Shown here one piece after another: positions 55,384 to 64,000 of a DNA stretch of 64,000 nt; position 1 is the stretch's first letter, and every line of letters begins with the position of its first letter. The notes under the pieces were generated by a model. That model did no database searches. It was not told where the DNA came from and worked only from the letters and a program-made list of their open reading frames with translations. Both the position numbers and the translations under genes were made by a program. Source of the DNA: Eledone cirrhosa. Its lineage: Eukaryota. The stretch is from the NCBI GenBank assembly GCA_964016885.1, contig OZ024743.1:78554001-78618000 (forward strand), written 5' to 3'.

Positions 55384-55609
55384 CAAGAAGGTGTGGTAAG
55401 ATACCACGTGGACCATAACGCACCAGAGTACTCGATTCTTAGGGTAGTTGAGAGGGTAATAGGAAAAGAGTCAGGACCCCGATGTCTGAGCTGCGGCCGT
55501 TTCGACAGCTAGATACGAAGAGTTCGGATCTAGCTGTCGAAAGGGCCGGAGCTCAGCCGTCGGGGTCCTGACTCTTTTCCTATATATATATATATATATA
55601 TATATATAA

Positions 55610-56298
55610 CTTTCATAGGTTTCGGCCAGAATTGGCCCGAGCTTTTTAATTTTATGGAGTTTTAATGTGTTTTGAGGTAATGTTAAAGAGAGCGGATCTA
55701 ATTGAGGTGAAATAATTGTGCTGTATTGTTGTTATGAGATGCGAGTGAGATTTTTGTTGTCGGCGCATAGCACGGGACCCAAACCTTTGGTGTACCTTAA
55801 AGGTGATGCCAACATCATTTGGGCAAAGTTGATGGAATATTTTCCACATCATGCAGATAATGTAGCGCTCACGGCGACGTTGGAGAGAATAAAGGTTGAG
55901 CTTTTCTAATCGATCCCAATCGTCAAGGCCTGTCATGCCATCTATCTTTTTTGTAATTGACCTTTGAGGTGCTTCAACTTTCATGATACTTTGTTTCGTG
56001 TGGACAAAAGTATTTAAGTGGACAAAAGTATTTAGTGGGGTCGGCAAAAGAAGAGAAGAGAAGGATAACAGTGTGGATATCTCTCGACTGGAAGTTCTGA
56101 GAATCCAGAAACACATCCTGCGGGCCATGTCAACTTTGCTGTTTATATGAGTGGCCCAGCTTATGTTGTTGTCCCCAATTACTCCCAGGTCTCTTATGTT
56201 GTTGGATGCCACGAGAGTTTCACCCGAAGGAAGAGAGTATGGTAGTTTCAGGGCATCCTTTTTTCCAAAGTGGATTAACTCAAATTTATCCTCGTTCA

Positions 56299-56300
<2 letters not shown>
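55610..56300 (-). mobile_element. CR1-like LINE 3' fragment
   Basis: LNEDKFELIHFG, IRDLGVI, PQRSITKKI...RLEKLNLYSLQRRRERYII. Confidence 0.8.
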
Positions 56301-56378
<78 letters not shown>

Positions 56379-56602
56379 CACAATTATCAAAGTTATGTTC
56401 AAATCATTTAATTGCTGACAATCGTTTCTACCAAACTTTCGTTTGGAGTCATTATTTTATATTCCTGCTCTGTAAAACACCTGATCTTCTTAAATTGAGC
56501 TATTTCTCTTACTGGTAGTAAGGTAGTAGGAAATTACTGACTTTTCCTGTTTATAGTTGTTTATAGTATATACATAATTATAAATAGTATCATTATTATT
56601 AA

Positions 56603-57075
56603 GGGCGGTGGATTGGCAGTATCGGTAGAGGGTCGGACGCCATGCTTTCCAGCATAGTTACGTCCCTTTACGATCTGAGTTCAAATCCCGCCGAGGTTAA
56701 CTTTGCCTTTCATCCTTACGAGGTCGATAAAATAAAGTACCAGTAATGCACTGGGTAATTGCTGGCCTTGTGCCTAAAGTAGAAACAATTATTATTAACA
56801 GAGCATTACTGGTACTTTATTTTATCGACCCCGAAAGGATGAAAGGCAAAGTTAACCTCAAATCCTGCCGAGGTTAACTTTGCCTTTCATCCTTTCGGGG
56901 TCGATAAAATAAAGTACCAGTAATGTACTGGGTAATTGCTGGCCTTGTGCCAAAAAGTAGAAACAATTATTATTAACTTTGCCTTTCATCCTTACGGGGT
57001 CGATAAAATAAAGTACCAGTAATGCTCTGGGTAATTGCTGGCCTTGTGCCAAACGTAGAAACAATTATTATTATA
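56603..57075 (+). mobile_element. Full SINE followed by an inverted and two tandem 3'-half copies
   Basis: Full copy 56603-56795 (TGGCAGTATCGGTAG, GAGTTCAAATCC), partial copies 56805-57075. Confidence 0.88.
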
Positions 57076-57084
57076 ATATATATA

Positions 57085-57129
<45 letters not shown>

Positions 57130-57411
57130 AATTAAAAAGAACAGAAAGATGCAGTAAAAGAGATTTATTCGGTTCTTACGTACGTTTCAATAGACATCAA
57201 TTTGCCTAGATCTCGTAAGAACCGAATAAATCTCTTTTACTGCATCTTTCTGTTCTTTTTAATTCTTTATACACGCCCCGGAATATAGCTAAACTGGAAT
57301 ATACACCTTTTTTCTGCATTTCGTTGAGCACCACTCTGTTGTAAGCTGACATTCCCCTACACGGTACATAACACTGTGTCCTGGAAAACATTAATGCACT
57401 CGTGCATAACC

Positions 57412-57459
<48 letters not shown>

Positions 57460-57474
57460 CTGTTCAAATTTTCC

Positions 57475-57513
<39 letters not shown>

Positions 57514-57624
57514 ATTGTTTCTACTTTAGGCACAAAGCCACCAATTACCCAGTGCATTACTGGTACTTTATTCTATCGACCCCGTAAGGATGAAAGGTAA
57601 AGTGAACCTCGACGGAATTTGAAC

Positions 57625-57702
<78 letters not shown>

Positions 57703-58194
57703 TATATGCATATATATATCCATACATGAATGCATTAATACATACATACATACTTACATACATATATATAAATACACAAATACGTATGTATGTATACATA
57801 CATGAATGCAAACATACATATATACATATATACATCCATCCATCCATACATCCATACATACAACTAGTTAGGAAATTACAAGTACAATCCATTAATGGAA
57901 CAGTAAGAATATGTAAAACATTCCAAAGATTTTGCAGCTAATAACTGCATATACACATGTACAGATACAAAACATATACACATGCACACATACAACTCAA
58001 AACATCCACATCCACACATATAATAACATCCATATGTACACATGCAGACATAAACTACCTAGTTGATGTTGTGTAAATTCCAATGAGAGAGTCTTGTATC
58101 TATGTTAGAAACCGACTCTCTCTATTGGTAAAAATTTGTGAAATTATAAAACCAGAAGAACATACATACATACAGACATACATACAGAAGGACA

Positions 58195-58620
58195 GAAATA
58201 CGAACTTAAACCATCATTTCTTTGAGGATCACCTGAAACTCTATGCCAAGAACATAGATGGGATGAAGAAAAATCTTGACCTGGTTACAACATTCTCAAA
58301 GGATATAGGAATGAAGTTTGACCAAGATAAAAGTTCAGAAATGACTGTAAAGCGAGGAAAAACTACAACCTAATCTAGCAACATTTTTATAAAATTGCCT
58401 AACTGTTTCACCGATATCGGACGAGGACTGCTACAGATACCTGGGGATAGATGAGAATATATCCTATAATGGTATGTGTAATAAAGAACGCGTAACCAGG
58501 GAATATTACACCCGGTTAAGAAAGATTTGGTCTTCGGAACTCTCGCAAAACAAAACAGTGGCTCACAGTGTGTTTACTGTGCCTGTCCTAACACCAACGT
58601 TTGGAATACTCGAAATCCGA
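58195..58620 (+). mobile_element. Decayed R4/NeSL-like non-LTR RT fragment
   Basis: LNHHFFEDHLKLYAK...FSKDIGMKFDQDK, YRYLGIDE. Confidence 0.6.
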
Positions 58621-58716
58621 GTAACACATATGAGGAGGACGCACTAGACAGTATTATTCTCGGTTCTGTGTCTGAAAAGTGATATGGTCGTGGCTGGAAC
58701 TGTTCTGGTAAGACTG

Positions 58717-59386
58717 TGGCAGTATCGGTAGAGGGTCGGACGCCACGCTTTGCAGCAAAGAGTTACGGCCCTTTATGGTCCGAGTTCAAATCCCGTCCAG
58801 GTTAACTTTGCCTTTCATCATTACGGGGTCGATAAAATAAAGTACCAGTAATACACTGATATAATTGTTGGCCTTGTGCCAAAAGTAGAAACAATTATTT
58901 GATATAATTGTATCTAAATAATATAAATAGCTCGAAGGGAGGCAACTCTACATAACTTGTTCAGACTACGGACAACGTGTAAAAGAAGACATCTTTACAT
59001 TAACAGACTTTCTGCCTCACATACTCACAAATGTACAAATAGACAGACACACATATACTCCCCACCCCACACATACTTGCACACAGACACACACACACAC
59101 ACACACACATACAGACACACACACACACACACATATATACATTAAGTTTAGAAACACAAGCTTTAAATCAGCCGGTAAATAATAATAATAATAATAATAA
59201 TTGTTTCTACTTTAGGCACAAGGCCAGCAATTATCCAGTACATTACTGGTACTTTATTTTATCGACCCCGTAAGGATGAAAGGCAAAGTTAACCTCGGCG
59301 GGATTTGAAGTCAGAATGTAAAGGGACGTAACTATGCTAGAAAGCATGGTGTCCAACCCTCTACCGATACTGCCAATTCACCGCCC

Positions 59387-59420
<34 letters not shown>

Positions 59421-59680
59421 TGTGTCTACTTTTGGCACAAGGCCAGCAATTATCCCTGTGCAATAATGATTTCTAGTATAGGCACAAGGCCAGTAATTTT
59501 GGTAGAGGGGAATGTCGATTAAATCGACACAGTACGTTACTGGTACTTTATTTTATCGACCCCACAAGGATGAAAGTCTAAGTTAACCTCGGCGGGATTT
59601 GAACTCAGATCATAAAGGGCCGTAACTCTATGCTGCAAAGCATGGCGTCCGACCTTCTACCGATACTGCCAATCCACTAA
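58717..59680. mobile_element. SINE copies: 58717-58900 (+), 59195-59388 (-), 59420-59677 (-)
   Basis: Matches to the same SINE consensus. Confidence 0.85.
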
Positions 59681-60149
59681 TAATGAAATTATTGTGTACA
59701 GAGCTCAGGTGCATTACAACGCATGAAAATATGTTTAACCAGTCCCATTAATGTCATAACTATAATATTAATACAACTTATATATATATGTGTGTGTGTG
59801 TATAAGTGTATGTGTGTGTAGCATAATTCCAGTTCCTCGTAGGACTAACAACACACCAAGGAGCTGGTCATATCGATGAATTGACAGAGTGGAACACATT
59901 TCAACACCATGATTACCTGTTCTCTCTACATTAATTCGGACTGCCTGAAGAGGCAATAATAGCTGTCACTGAAATATATATAGCAGAGAATTTATAATAA
60001 ACGAAGTCAAATGTAACATGTTTGACTTACTTATTTTATATATATTTATATATATATATACATATATTTGTTTTGCGAGGTTTTTGATATGAAATCGTGT
60101 GTCGAAACAAATGGCGTAGATATACAATACAACAGGAGGAATCAATAAT

Positions 60150-60191
60150 ACCACTGATGATGTTGCAGATGAGCAACGAAAGAACTTTGTT
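60150..60191 (+). ncRNA. Hammerhead-like motif (family of 10285 and 23049)
   Basis: CTGATGA-T GTTGC...GCAAC-GAAA-GAACTT-TG; stem I only 2 bp. Confidence 0.5.
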
Positions 60192-60395
60192 AGACTATAT
60201 ATATTTGTTTATATCTATATTATATCTGTATTTTTGACCGTTGGTTAGTCAATGGTTCCGAATGAATTAACTGTGGAGATATAAAAGATACAGAAGCGAA
60301 AACCAACCAAACAGTGAGTGTGTGCTGTTGTTATTTCTGGCAATATTACTACAACAATATGACCCTTCCCAAGTATAAATACACACACACACACA

Positions 60396-63576
<3,181 letters not shown>

Positions 63577-63582
63577 AACCAG

Positions 63583-63663
<81 letters not shown>

Positions 63664-64000
63664 TGTAAATAGCGATCGCAAGGTCAAGTATATATCTCTA
63701 TACCCTCACTGCATCATCCCATGCAATGATTACATGATTGGTGGCCTCCCCAGTTGGTCATCTTCTTTTGTCACACATTCTCTGACCTCCCCAATGAATA
63801 TTTCTTTTTTTTTTCAGGAAGCACAAAAAAGTCATTGAAAATACTGATCAATACTTAACATAGAAAATATTTTCCTCGTGTGAATGTGTGTGTTTGTGTG
63901 TATGTGTGTATGTGTGTAAGTGTATACATGTGTGGGTGTGTATGTGTGTATATGTGTGTATGTGTGGGTGTGTATGTGTGTATGTGTGGGTGTGTATGTG

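Noticed and set aside
56410-56460. Hammerhead candidate on the minus strand (GAAACGATTGTC)
   Set aside because: No recognisable CUGANGA core or stem I.
56603-56695. tRNA gene
   Set aside because: A/B boxes belong to the SINE head; no cloverleaf could be folded.

Overview
Eukaryotic, AT- and microsatellite-rich animal DNA; the SINE family and (TA)n density suggest an octopus/coleoid cephalopod (inference). One host gene spans the + strand: a 7-exon, ~49 kb trypsin-family (S1A) serine protease (936..50169, 467 aa when spliced by hand). It has an N-terminal hydrophobic segment, an S/T/D-rich stem, a polybasic RRRQRRNKR|IIGG activation site, an intact H/D/S triad and Asp189. Introns and flanks hold decayed transposons: five 5'-truncated Penelope-like elements (four Naiad-type, one Neptune-like), a near-complete Tx1-like LINE plus two relics, RTE, CR1-like and R4-like LINE pieces, two Helitrons, a Tc1/mariner MITE, many tRNA-type SINE copies and two minisatellites. 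The least expected signal is about 27 type-I hammerhead ribozyme (HHR) motifs, folded by eye. They sit at the 3' ends of Penelope-like elements and in short fold-back cassettes embedded in (TA)n. They show helix covariation, long stem-II insertions, palindromic stem III and non-canonical cores (U4C, U4A, compensatory U3:A8), and fold-back junctions often fall inside or next to ribozyme helices. No searches or folding programs were run; element boundaries are approximate.
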